Assembly (NCBI GenBank): GCA_964520645.1
Contig: CAZFND010000002.1
Location: forward strand, 9,424 to 73,423
Origin: an uncultured Candidatus Saccharibacteria bacterium
GTDB lineage: Bacteria > Patescibacteriota > Minisyncoccia > Phycocordibacterales > JAKAEA01
Reading direction: 5' to 3'
Length of the DNA stretch: 64,000 bases
The position numbers and the translations under genes were made by a program. Of this stretch, positions 38,866-48,256 are shown piece after piece (within the stretch, counting starts at the first letter, position 1; each line of letters begins with the position of its first letter). The notes under the pieces are model-generated. The model made no database searches, was not told the origin of the DNA, and saw only the letters and a list, made by a program, of their open reading frames with translations.

Positions 38866-40971
38866 CTACGGTTGTTTTATGAATTGTGGATCAGCTTGCT
38901 TAATAGAAAGATTGATTCGTTTCTTTTCATCAATCTCTTTTATGATCACCGGTACCTTATCCCCAACTTTTAAATATTTAGAAACATTATCGATCCTAAA
39001 AGGAGCAATTTCAGATACATGCACGAGACCTTCTGCATTGGGGCCAATTCTTACAAAAGCACCAAATTCTGCTATCTTTATAACTTCCCCTGTAAAGCGC
39101 TCACCTGGTTTGTACTCTTTTGTCATGCCAGCAATAATGTCGCCAGCTGCTGTAGCTGATCCGTTTTTTCCCGTAATAAATACAGTGCCATCATCTTCGA
39201 TAGTAATATCTGCTCCCGTTTTTTCTTTAATTCCCTTCACCATCTTTCCTCCAGGTCCAATTATCATGCCAATCTGATCAGGATTGATTTTAAGAGCAAT
39301 GATTTGAGGTGCATTAGGAGAAATGTTATTTCGTGGACGTGCAATTTCTTTTTCTATCACATCTAATATCTGCATACGTGCGGTATGTGCTTTCTCTAAT
39401 GCTTCTTTCAAAATCTTTACCGGAATCCCACTAATTTTTACATCCATTTGAATTGCTGTGATACCGTTTCGAGTGCCTGCAACTTTAAAGTCCATGTCTC
39501 CATGATGATCTTCTGGCCCTTGAATATCAGTAAGGAGCACATATTCTGTTGGTGAATGAAGCATCAGTCCAGAAGCAATACCTGCAACAGGAGCACTGAT
39601 TGGCACTCCAGCGTCCATAAGAGCAAGTGTTGATGCGCACACAGAGGCCATAGAAGTCGATCCATTTGATGCCATTGATTCTGATACTATACGGATAGTG
39701 TATGGAAATGTTTCTTTTGATGGAATAACGGGAACAAGTGCTTTTTCTGCGAGAGCGCCATGCCCTACCATTCTTCGATTTGTCCCTCCTACTCTTCCAG
39801 TTTCTCCAGTTGAGAATGGAGGAAAGTTGTAGTGATGCATAAATCGCTTTGCTGTTTGTTCTTCTATACCATCGATAAGTTGGGCATCTTGTGGGCCACC
39901 AAGTGTAAGTGCAGAAAGGACGTGCGTTTCTCCGCGATAAAATATTCCTGATCCATGAAGGATTGGAGAGATTCCTCCAGCTTGTGCATAGAGTGGTCGG
40001 ACTTCATCAAGGCCTCTTCCATCTGCTCTTCGCTTGTTGTTAATAGCTTCTGCGTGAATGAGAGAATTTACTTGTTCTTCATAATACTCATCTGCAAGAG
40101 TATGTGAATGGTCTGGAAATGTTTGTTTATATAATTCGAGCCATGACTTTTTAGAATGTTCTAATGCTTCTTTGCTTGAGTGTGAAGAAAAAATAGTATC
40201 TCTAAGTGTAGGTGCTATCTTTTCTTTAAAAAGAGAAATGAGTTCTTGTGGAATTTCTGGTTTAGGAAGACTGATTTTGGGTGTACTAAACTCTTTAATA
40301 ATTTTCTGTTGAAATGCTTGAAGCTTCTCTATCTCCTCTATAGCACGATCGAGTGCTTCTCCCGCACGTGCATTGCTTATTTCCCTACTTCCCACTTCAA
40401 TCATATTAATATTTCCATCTTTTCCGCATGCAACTAAATCAAATTCATGATCTGGGTGTTCTCGTGTTGTATAAGTAGGATTGATGTCAAAAGAAGTGTT
40501 GTTTTTATTTTTTCCTATTCTGATAGCACTTACCGGACCATTCCATGGTATTGGCGATGTTCCAAGAGCAAGAGATGCTGCAAGTACACCAAGTACATCA
40601 GGATCATCCTGATCGATAGAGAGAACAGTAATAATAATTTGCACTTCACGGCGAATCCACTGATCAAACAATGGTCTAATAGTACGATCTACAATTCGTC
40701 CACTTAAAATGGCTTCATCTGAAGGCTTGCCTTCTCGTCGCATGAATCGTGAGCCGAGAATTTGGCCTGAAGCATAAAATTTTTCTTCGTATTCTACAGT
40801 AAGAGGAAAAAAGTCTGCATCTTTGTCAGACTTCCCCATTACCGCTGTTGCCATCACTACGGTATTCCCATAAGTAATCATTACTGATCCATGGGCCTGA
40901 TTTGCTAAATCATTAAATTCTGCTGTAAGTGTTTTTCCACCGATTTCAAGAGAATATTGTTTTTTTTGCAT
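38866..40971 (-). CDS. pnp: polyribonucleotide nucleotidyltransferase (PNPase)
   Basis: 701 aa with two RNase PH domains, KH (IGPGGK) and S1 C-terminus; rpsO upstream. Confidence 0.9.
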   Translation of the reverse strand: MQKKQYSLEIGGKTLTAEFNDLANQAHGSVMITYGNTVVMATAVMGKSDKDADFFPLTVEYEEKFYASGQILGSRFMRREGKPSDEAILSGRIVDRTIRPLFDQWIRREVQIIITVLSIDQDDPDVLGVLAASLALGTSPIPWNGPVSAIRIGKNKNNTSFDINPTYTTREHPDHEFDLVACGKDGNINMIEVGSREISNARAGEALDRAIEEIEKLQAFQQKIIKEFSTPKISLPKPEIPQELISLFKEKIAPTLRDTIFSSHSSKEALEHSKKSWLELYKQTFPDHSHTLADEYYEEQVNSLIHAEAINNKRRADGRGLDEVRPLYAQAGGISPILHGSGIFYRGETHVLSALTLGGPQDAQLIDGIEEQTAKRFMHHYNFPPFSTGETGRVGGTNRRMVGHGALAEKALVPVIPSKETFPYTIRIVSESMASNGSTSMASVCASTLALMDAGVPISAPVAGIASGLMLHSPTEYVLLTDIQGPEDHHGDMDFKVAGTRNGITAIQMDVKISGIPVKILKEALEKAHTARMQILDVIEKEIARPRNNISPNAPQIIALKINPDQIGMIIGPGGKMVKGIKEKTGADITIEDDGTVFITGKNGSATAAGDIIAGMTKEYKPGERFTGEVIKIAEFGAFVRIGPNAEGLVHVSEIAPFRIDNVSKYLKVGDKVPVIIKEIDEKKRINLSIKQADPQFIKQP

Positions 40972-41010
40972 GAGCTAAGTGTAGCAAAAAATGTTTTGAT
41001 ATAGCAAAAG

Positions 41011-41601
41011 TTATGCTTTTACTTCTGGTTCTTGATCAGGAGCTTTCTCTTGTGTTTGAGATCGAGGCTTAAATCGTCGTTCTGGGCGTGAGTTGTATCC
41101 CAAGAGATATTTGCGAGGATTTGTTGAAAGATCAATGAATTCATCTGCTGATTCTTTGAGCTTTTGTGATGTTGATTGTCCAAATGACACTACTTCTACC
41201 TGGCAGCCTTCATTTATTTTCAAATATTCTACAAGAGGCACGAAGTCTCCATCCCCTGATACAAGTATTACGGTATCAAGCTTAGGTGCCATTTTGATAG
41301 CATCTACGGCAAGACCTACATCCCAGTCAGCTTTCTTAGCACCACCAAAAAAGACTTGAAGGTCTTTTGTTCGAGCTTCAATTCCCATTTTTTCTAATGC
41401 TTCAAAAAAGTTTTTCTCATCCCCTGATTCTGTGGTGATGACATAGGCCATTGCTCGAATGAGCGCTCGGCCAGCGAGGACATCTTTTACTACTTGTCCA
41501 AAGTTAACACGTGTTTGATATAAATTTTTTGCACTATGATATAAATTTTGTGTATCTATGAAAATACCAACTCGTTGTTCTTTATGTTTAATTACGGTCA
41601 T
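41011..41601 (-). CDS. NYN/LabA-like (DUF88) domain protein
   Basis: VGIFIDTQNLYHS and VILVSGDGDF motifs. Confidence 0.6.
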   Translation of the reverse strand: MTVIKHKEQRVGIFIDTQNLYHSAKNLYQTRVNFGQVVKDVLAGRALIRAMAYVITTESGDEKNFFEALEKMGIEARTKDLQVFFGGAKKADWDVGLAVDAIKMAPKLDTVILVSGDGDFVPLVEYLKINEGCQVEVVSFGQSTSQKLKESADEFIDLSTNPRKYLLGYNSRPERRFKPRSQTQEKAPDQEPEVKA

Positions 41602-41664
41602 GTATATGTCTACTATTAATAAAAATAAAAGCGCGATCTTTATGGTATCACGCTTTTATCTCTA

Positions 41665-41937
41665 TTACGATTTTTTCTTTAGATTGAGCTTCTTAAGAAG
41701 TGCAGTATATCGCTTTGGATTCTTCTTCTGAAGATAGTTGAGGTGACTTTGTCGCCCTGCAACCATTTGGAGTAATCCTCGGCGTGAATGCTTATCATTA
41801 CTGTTTTTCTTCAAATGCGCAGTGAGCTCTTCGATTCTCTTAGTCAAAAGAGAAACCTGAACCTCAGGAGAACCTGTGTCAGTGTCGTGAATGGCTGTTA
41901 ATTTAATCGTTTTCTGTTTTTTTGTCTTACTTAACAT
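41665..41937 (-). CDS. rpsO: 30S ribosomal protein S15
   Basis: MLSKTKKQK…[25 protein letters not shown]…[10 protein letters not shown]; start at ATG 41935-41937. Confidence 0.85.
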   Translation of the reverse strand: MLSKTKKQKTIKLTAIHDTDTGSPEVQVSLLTKRIEELTAHLKKNSNDKHSRRGLLQMVAGRQSHLNYLQKKNPKRYTALLKKLNLKKKS

Positions 41938-41992
41938 GATTGTAGATAATAGCATAAAAGCCAAAAATGTGCAAGGATGATATACTATTTGC

Positions 41993-42925
41993 ATGGATTT
42001 AGAGCTTTTAAAGAAGGATTTCCTTGATTATACCGAGATAGAAAAAGGTAGAAGTCTTAAGACTCGAAGGAACTACGATCACTATTTAACCGTGTTTTTA
42101 AGCCATACTAAGCTCAAACACCCCCAAGATATTACCGATGATGTCCTTCGAGAATACCGCCTCTGGCTCAACCGTCAGCCTGCTCGGCTTAAGGAAGGCA
42201 CACGAGCTTATGAAGGAATTCACGAAAATCTCAAAAAAAGAACTCAAAACTATTATTTAATCGCACTTCGAGCATTTCTTAAGTATTTAGTGCGACGAGA
42301 TATTACGTCATTGTCGCCAGAACGTATAGAATTAGCCAAAGTTCCTGAGCGCTCTCTCGATCTCATCTCCTCCGAGGAGCTTGATCGACTCATGAAGGCT
42401 CCCGATGGTGCAGACCTTAAGAGTTTGCGTGATAAAGCAATACTAGAACTCTTTTTCTCTACCGGACTTCGTGTATCTGAGCTCTGTTCCCTTCCTCGAG
42501 AGCTTGATATCAAGAAAGATGAATTCTCTGTGCGAGGGAAAGGCGGAAAGGTTCGGGTTGTTTTTCTTTCAGAAAATGCTCGCCAAGCACTAGCTGCATA
42601 TCTTAAAGAAAGAAAAGATATGGATGATGCTCTCTTTGTGCAGATTTCCAAAAATCAGAATGATAAACAATCTCTCAGACTTACTGCGCGCTCTATCGAA
42701 CGCATCATCAAACATTATGCAATTAAAGCAGGAATATCAAAGAAAGTGACTCCTCACGTAGTACGACACAGCTTTGCTACAGATTTACTCCAGAATGGCG
42801 CTGATTTGCGCTCAGTCCAAGCCCTCTTAGGTCATGCCAATATTGCTACGACACAGATTTATACCCACGTTACCGATAAGCACCTCAAAGAAATTCACAA
42901 GAAGTTCCATAATAAAGGAAAATAA
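41993..42925 (+). CDS. xerC: tyrosine recombinase XerC/XerD family
   Basis: R…K…HxxR…Y catalytic residues ([24 protein letters not shown]). Confidence 0.8.
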   Translation: MDLELLKKDFLDYTEIEKGRSLKTRRNYDHYLTVFLSHTKLKHPQDITDDVLREYRLWLNRQPARLKEGTRAYEGIHENLKKRTQNYYLIALRAFLKYLVRRDITSLSPERIELAKVPERSLDLISSEELDRLMKAPDGADLKSLRDKAILELFFSTGLRVSELCSLPRELDIKKDEFSVRGKGGKVRVVFLSENARQALAAYLKERKDMDDALFVQISKNQNDKQSLRLTARSIERIIKHYAIKAGISKKVTPHVVRHSFATDLLQNGADLRSVQALLGHANIATTQIYTHVTDKHLKEIHKKFHNKGK

Positions 42926-42939
42926 CTTATGATAGTGGG

Positions 42940-43719
42940 ATGAAAATCATCTCATGGAATGTGAATGGCCTGCGCGCTCTCCACAAAAAGGGCAATTTTG
43001 CATGGATTATCAACGAATCTCCAGACTTCTTCTGCTTACAAGAGGTAAAAGCAAGTCCAGATCAGCTCGTAGACGAGATTAAGGTATTACAAGGCTATAC
43101 TGCATACTTTGATTATTCAAAAGTGAAGAAGGGATACAGTGGTGTCGCTATTTATACTAAGCACACACCTCTTAAGGTGGATTATGGAATGGGAATAGAG
43201 GAATTTGATCTAGAAGGTAGATTGTTAGCCCTACATTACAAAGATTTTGTTTTGTTTAATATTTATTTTCCTAATGGAGGAGGAGGTCCTGTTCGCTTAG
43301 ACTATAAACTCAGATTTTATGATGCTTTCTTAGCGTATATAGAGAAAATAAGAAAGACAGGTAAGAAAATAATCTTTTGTGGTGATGTAAATACCGCGCA
43401 TGAAGCAATTGACCTAGCTCGACCAAAGGAAAATGAAGAAAATACTGGCTTTTTGCCGGAAGAGCGAGCGTGGATTGATGAGGTGGTCAATCATGGATAT
43501 GTAGATGTCTATCGGCACCTCTTCCCTACCAAAAAGGATGTCTATACCTATTGGGACATGAAGAGTGCAGCACGAGAGCGAAATGTCGGATGGAGAATAG
43601 ATTACTTTTTTGTCTCAAATGATCTTGTAAAGGACATAAAAAACGTAACAACTCACACAGAAATTTTGGGATCTGATCACTGTCCTTTAGAGCTTGAGTT
43701 CAAAAAGTCTCTAATCTAG
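42940..43719 (+). CDS. xth: exodeoxyribonuclease III (Xth)
   Basis: MKIISWNVNGLRA…, SDHCPL C-terminus. Confidence 0.85.
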   Translation: MKIISWNVNGLRALHKKGNFAWIINESPDFFCLQEVKASPDQLVDEIKVLQGYTAYFDYSKVKKGYSGVAIYTKHTPLKVDYGMGIEEFDLEGRLLALHYKDFVLFNIYFPNGGGGPVRLDYKLRFYDAFLAYIEKIRKTGKKIIFCGDVNTAHEAIDLARPKENEENTGFLPEERAWIDEVVNHGYVDVYRHLFPTKKDVYTYWDMKSAARERNVGWRIDYFFVSNDLVKDIKNVTTHTEILGSDHCPLELEFKKSLI

Positions 43720-44018
43720 GCTGTGTATATTGACACGGGCTTGACAAGGACATTGTACAGATTTTGAAATGTCTTTTATATGTTGACATAAATGATGAGG
43801 GTGATATTCTTATACCAGAACAAAGGTGAAGAACACGAGAAGATATAGGATGTTGGGTGTCGTAATGCTGGAGATCGCGCATTGTCGCTCAGCATATTAC
43901 CTACCTACTAACATGAATCTTATCAAGTTCACTAACCAAGAGTTCATTTTTTTACGGCAGTGTCCTTAACCAATTTCTGGGGGATGCTGCTTTTTTTTGG
44001 CTGAAAATATATATAAAA

Positions 44019-44047
44019 TAACGAGCCTAATCGGCTCGTTATTTTAA
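44019..44047. terminator. bidirectional terminator (AACGAGCC-taatc-GGCTCGTT + ATTTT)
   Basis: 8 bp stem with A/T runs both sides, between convergent xth and cca. Confidence 0.55.
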
Positions 44048-44052
44048 TAATC

Positions 44053-45540
44053 TTATTCTACAAAGTGCTTTTTCCGTATTTCTTCTATCTTTTTCTCGTC
44101 TTCTAGCTCTTTTGACTCTTTTCCCTTTTCACCCAATGCTTTAAGCTCTGCTTCTGGTAATATAATCAGCTCTTGAGCCCTTTTTTTTAAATATTCTGGG
44201 GTATTAAGCTTGGGATCTTCGAGTACTTCTTCAAGGAGTGCATGAAGTACATATCCAATCTTAGGTCCTGGTGTTACATGTGTAACATCCATAATCTTTT
44301 TGCCATCAATCTTCAACATGCCTACAGAAATTGGATCACGTAATACTTCTTCGATCATTGCATGATATTTGCGAAGTCGGTATGGACTTTCTTTGGGTCT
44401 GCCGGTCCCTATACGGTCCGCCACGCGAAGATTCATGAGGTCCCATACATTATCACTACCCACATTCACGATGAGCCTTCTAACGGCAGAATTGGTGATT
44501 GTTTCGGTATCAGAGAAAAACATATGCCATCGAACAAGTTTCACTATCTTATCCATCATCTTCTGGGGGAACTTGAGATTAGTAAGAATGTTTCGTGTGA
44601 AACGTGCTCCTACTACCTCATGGCCATAGAAGGTCCACTTTACTTTACCAGGAGTCTTGCGACGGGTGTCTGGCTTACCAATATCGTGAAATAGAGCCGC
44701 AAGACGGATATCAAGAGGCCATTTCTTGTCTGCGGTAAGCTGCACAGAGCGAAGGAGGTGTTCCCATACGTCGTATTGGTGCACCCCACCCTGATCAATG
44801 CCTATTCCAAGCTCTAGCTGTGGAACAACATACTTGAGAGTATCGCACTCGTGCATAAGCTCTAGTCCCCTTTTAGGATAATCTGACATAATGATTCGGC
44901 TAAACTCATCTCGGATTCTTTCCTTTGAGACTGCTTCAAGCAAATAAGCGTTATTTTTAAGGGCTTTTTGTGTTTCTCCTTCAATAGCAAAGTTGAGCTC
45001 ACATGAGAGTCTAATAGCTCGTAGAATTCTTAAAGCATCCTCTGTAAATCTGTCATGAGCGTTCCCTACTGTACGTATAATCTTAGCCTCCAAATCTTCT
45101 TGTCCTTTATAAAGGTCAATAAGTTGGCCTTTAAATGGATCAAGGCCAATTGCGTTAATCGTAAAGTCACGTCTCTTAAGGTCATCATCGAGGTTCTTGC
45201 TAAAGGTTACACTGTCTGGACGTCTTTTATCTGAATACCCTGTTTCTAGGCGATATGGAGTGACTTCAATTACTTTAAGACTTTCATCAATCCCCTCTGT
45301 CTCATTGACTATCCCTACTGTACCAAAGGAGTTTTCATAGAATGTCTCTTTGAAAAGCTTGATGATTTCTTCAGGGACAGCATTGGTTGTTATGTCCCAG
45401 TCCTTAGGCTTTCTGTCCAATACAAGATCTCGTACACATCCCCCTATTAAATAAGCTTCAAAACCAGCATCTTTCAGTGTCTTTGCTGTTGTTAGTACTT
45501 CTTCAGGTATTTTGTTTATCAGTGTTTTAGCTGAGTTCAT
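44053..45540 (-). CDS. cca: CCA-adding enzyme / poly(A) polymerase family with HD domain
   Basis: GGCVRDLVLDRKPKDWDITT nucleotidyltransferase motif, HD motif region (FHDIGK). Confidence 0.75.
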   Translation of the reverse strand: MNSAKTLINKIPEEVLTTAKTLKDAGFEAYLIGGCVRDLVLDRKPKDWDITTNAVPEEIIKLFKETFYENSFGTVGIVNETEGIDESLKVIEVTPYRLETGYSDKRRPDSVTFSKNLDDDLKRRDFTINAIGLDPFKGQLIDLYKGQEDLEAKIIRTVGNAHDRFTEDALRILRAIRLSCELNFAIEGETQKALKNNAYLLEAVSKERIRDEFSRIIMSDYPKRGLELMHECDTLKYVVPQLELGIGIDQGGVHQYDVWEHLLRSVQLTADKKWPLDIRLAALFHDIGKPDTRRKTPGKVKWTFYGHEVVGARFTRNILTNLKFPQKMMDKIVKLVRWHMFFSDTETITNSAVRRLIVNVGSDNVWDLMNLRVADRIGTGRPKESPYRLRKYHAMIEEVLRDPISVGMLKIDGKKIMDVTHVTPGPKIGYVLHALLEEVLEDPKLNTPEYLKKRAQELIILPEAELKALGEKGKESKELEDEKKIEEIRKKHFVE

Positions 45541-45620
45541 GAGACAATTCTATGATATTTTTTGATTTTTCCCTAATTTAAGGTTATTATACACAACATT
45601 GTTTTTGTTAGTTGTAATTT

Positions 45621-45692
45621 GCGCCCGTAGCTCAACGGATAGAGTACCGGTCTTCGGAACCGTGGATGTGGGTTCGATTCCTGCCGGGCGCA
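45621..45692 (+). tRNA. tRNA-Arg (anticodon TCG)
   Basis: Manual cloverleaf: acceptor GCGCCCG/CGGGCGC, T-loop TTCGATT, anticodon loop CTTCGGA; 27-43 mismatch lowers confidence in anticodon call. Confidence 0.6.
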
Positions 45693-45782
45693 CAGTATTC
45701 TTTGGAAAAAGAATATAAATAATATATTCGTTTACGAAGTTTTGGCGGGCGTGTCCCGCCGAAGTTCGCAGAGCGAACGTAG

Positions 45783-45853
45783 GCGGGTATGGTTTAGTGG
45801 TAGAATACGTCCTTGCCAAGGATGAGACGGGAGTTCGATTCTCCCTACCCGCA
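45783..45853 (+). tRNA. tRNA-Gly (anticodon GCC)
   Basis: Acceptor GCGGGTA/TACCCGC, anticodon loop TTGCCAA, T-arm GGGAG-TTCGATT-CTCCC. Confidence 0.75.
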
Positions 45854-46214
45854 CAAGCTCAACAAAAAGACGGCCTACAATAGGCCGTCTTTTTGTATAT
45901 GTCTTTGTCCCCACCTCTTTATTAACACTTTCTATATAATTAGCCACAATCCTGTGGAAAACTGTGGATAACTCTGGGGATATGTGTATAAAAGACACAT
46001 GGTAATGTCTTTTGACTTCCCTACCATCAAGTCGTCAATTTGATAAAAGAGCTATATTATTAGCCGTGTTTTATAAGACAGAGTGAGTAATTCAAATACG
46101 TTTCACGTGAAACCATATATTGTGTTATTTATGAAACATTTAAGTTAATTTGATGAAAAATTTATGCCTGTACTAGTACTCTAGAGCTATTAGTAATAGG
46201 TAATAATAAGTTTC

Positions 46215-46640
46215 ATGTCAAACAAAACCAAGCAAAACAAGGGGGATAGGCGCACAAAAAAGCGTAAAATAGGTGATCTAGGGGAGAATATAGCAGTAAC
46301 GTTTCTTATGAAACAGGGTTTTGACGTAGTAGATAGGAATTACTTAAAGAAATATGGGGAATTGGATATTGTGGCTATAAAGGGGGAAATCTATCATTTC
46401 ATAGAGGTAAAGAGTGTTTCATGTGAAAGCTTTCCAGATGTTAATCATGAAACAGATAGCTATAGGCCAGAGGATAATGTCCATGGGTATAAGCTTAAAA
46501 GACTGTCAAAGACAATTCAGGCCTATATCCTTGAGAAACAGGTCTATGAAAGGGAATGGCAGTTTGATATTGCTGTTGTATATCTCAATACAATAACGCG
46601 TACAGCCAGGGTGAAACTCTTAGAAGACATTATTTTATAA
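46215..46640 (+). CDS. yraN: YraN family (UPF0102) endonuclease-like protein
   Basis: GDLGENIAVTFLMKQGFDVVDRNY…GELDIVA…IEVK pattern. Confidence 0.6.
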   Translation: MSNKTKQNKGDRRTKKRKIGDLGENIAVTFLMKQGFDVVDRNYLKKYGELDIVAIKGEIYHFIEVKSVSCESFPDVNHETDSYRPEDNVHGYKLKRLSKTIQAYILEKQVYEREWQFDIAVVYLNTITRTARVKLLEDIIL

Positions 46641-46684
46641 GCTTTTTTTGATATTTCACACTCCTGTGCTAGTATTCATGGAAT

Positions 46685-46757
46685 CGGAGTGTGGTGTAAC
46701 GGCTAACATTCCTGTTTTGGGAACAGGCGACTCCGGGTTCGAATCCCGGCACTCCGA
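46685..46757 (+). tRNA. tRNA-Pro (anticodon TGG)
   Basis: Acceptor CGGAGTG/CACTCCG, anticodon arm CCTGT-TTTGGGA-ACAGG, T-arm CCGGG-TTCGAAT-CCCGG. Confidence 0.75.
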
Positions 46758-46763
46758 CACGTA

Positions 46764-47081
46764 ATGTCTAAAAAGTTTCAAAAGAGGGTAGAGGATTTTG
46801 TGTGTGAGAAATGTGGTTTTGCTATGAAAAGTAATGGTTTTACCAACCATTGCTCACAATGCCTATGGTCAAAACATGTAGATGTTAATCCAGGGGATAG
46901 GGAAGCAGTGTGTGGTGGCCTTATGCAGCCTGTAGATTTTGTAAAGGAGAAGCTCAATTACATGATCACTCATCAATGCACTGTCTGTGGGTATCAGAAG
47001 AGAAATAGGCTTGCTCCAGAGGACAACTTTGATAAGGCTCTTGAAATTGTAAAGAAAAAGGCAGATAAATTGCTAGGATAA
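46764..47081 (+). CDS. RNHCP-domain zinc-ribbon protein
   Basis: FVCEKCG…FTNHCSQCLWSKHVD…GDREAVCGGLM…CTVCG; pattern of RNHCP family. Confidence 0.45.
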   Translation: MSKKFQKRVEDFVCEKCGFAMKSNGFTNHCSQCLWSKHVDVNPGDREAVCGGLMQPVDFVKEKLNYMITHQCTVCGYQKRNRLAPEDNFDKALEIVKKKADKLLG

Positions 47082-47108
47082 TAGTTTTTTGATATAGTAT
47101 TTCTCATT

Positions 47109-47179
47109 GCGGGATTAGTTTAATGGTAGAACTACAGTTTTCCAAACTGTTGGCAGGAGTTCGATTCCCCTATCCCGCA
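47109..47179 (+). tRNA. tRNA-Gly (anticodon TCC)
   Basis: Acceptor GCGGGAT/ATCCCGC, anticodon arm ACAGT-TTTCCAA-ACTGT, T-loop TTCGATT (one A-C mismatch in T-stem). Confidence 0.65.
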
Positions 47180-47192
47180 CAGAAAAACAAAA

Positions 47193-47216
47193 AATCAGCT
47201 CTAGGCTGATTTTTTG
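47193..47216. terminator. hairpin AATCAGC-tctag-GCTGATT + TTTTTG (bidirectional)
   Basis: Follows tRNA-Gly on + strand and overlaps the stop codon of minus-strand membrane gene. Confidence 0.5.
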
Positions 47217-47812
47217 TTTGATCTCTTTTTACCTTCGAGAGCCTGTAGCACTGTTTCTCCGATAATGATCACTGAAGAGATAATGAGTATGATAGCGGCC
47301 ATCCAGAGCCATGGTTGAGAGGGGACATTGATCATGTGCTCTATGTGTCTATGTACAAACCCTATAGCAAAGGCACTCCACCATCCCACTTGAGAAATAG
47401 TTGATGCAACGGCCATTCTAAATTGCTCTCGAGCAGGAAGGGCATCAACGTCACCTAGTTTCTCCACATTTTTCTTAATAAAATGTAGAAATACACCATT
47501 TACTGCGACCAAGCCTACAAAGAAGAGCTTTATCATCGTAAGGTTGTCGATATATCCCTTAAGCGTAATAAGGCCAATACCTGAGAGAATAAGACCGGTG
47601 AGGCCAAGCCAGATAAGCTTTGTAGAGACATTTGCTACTTGATGTACTTGAGAAAGCTTCATGTGCTTTACCATCCACATGAGGCCAAACGTGTCTATGG
47701 TAATAACACTTCCTATAGCAATGATAAAAGAAATAACATGAATAAATAAGAAACCATAAAAAAGTGGTGTATCCATACTAAAAGTATAGCAAAAAAATAT
47801 TAAAATAAACAA
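47201..47812 (-). CDS. polytopic membrane protein, unknown function
   Basis: ~6 TM helices. Confidence 0.4.
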   Translation of the reverse strand: MFILIFFCYTFSMDTPLFYGFLFIHVISFIIAIGSVITIDTFGLMWMVKHMKLSQVHQVANVSTKLIWLGLTGLILSGIGLITLKGYIDNLTMIKLFFVGLVAVNGVFLHFIKKNVEKLGDVDALPAREQFRMAVASTISQVGWWSAFAIGFVHRHIEHMINVPSQPWLWMAAIILIISSVIIIGETVLQALEGKKRSNKKSA

Positions 47813-47824
47813 GAATAAAAAGAA

Positions 47825-47860
47825 GTAACAAAAAGCCTCACTCCAAGAGTGAGGCTTTTT
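47825..47860. terminator. bidirectional intrinsic terminator AAGCCTCACTC-caa-GAGTGAGGCTT flanked by A7/T5
   Basis: 11 bp perfect stem; downstream of hup (minus strand). Confidence 0.65.
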
Positions 47861-47878
47861 GTGTAAGAGGGAATAAGA

Positions 47879-48151
47879 TTATCTTACAGAATCCTTAAGA
47901 GCCTTTGCTGCTCTAAACTTAGGTACTCGCATTGCGGGTACATCTACCATTTCCCCCGTTCGAGGATTTCGAGCCTTTCGAGCTGCTCGCTGCTTTGCTG
48001 AGAAAATACCAAGACCTGCAATAGAGATTTCGTCGCCTTTCTTAAGCCCAGCAACTATTGTCTCAATCATTGTCTCGACTGCTTGCTCGGCCTGAACTTT
48101 TGTTCCACCAAGCTTTGCATGAACTGCGTCTACGATGCCTGCTTTATTCAT
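47879..48151 (-). CDS. hup: DNA-binding protein HU
   Basis: MNKAGIVDAV…GLGIFSAKQRAARKARNPRTGEMVDVPAMRVPKFRA. Confidence 0.85.
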   Translation of the reverse strand: MNKAGIVDAVHAKLGGTKVQAEQAVETMIETIVAGLKKGDEISIAGLGIFSAKQRAARKARNPRTGEMVDVPAMRVPKFRAAKALKDSVR

Positions 48152-48256
48152 AAACTTATATTATTAAAGTTATTAATTCGACTTTGTAATGCTAATATAA
48201 TTATATATGAAGCCATTTTTCAAGCTAGTCCTTAAAAAATTACAAAACAAAATTAG

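Noticed and set aside
14255-45990. Shared 13-mer GGATATGTGTATA at 14256 and 45977
   Set aside because: Exact 13-mer matches are expected by chance at this length in a 64 kb AT-rich window
45550-45998. Minus-strand ORFs 45550..45819 and 45732..45998
   Set aside because: They overlap two well-folded tRNA genes on the plus strand; spurious
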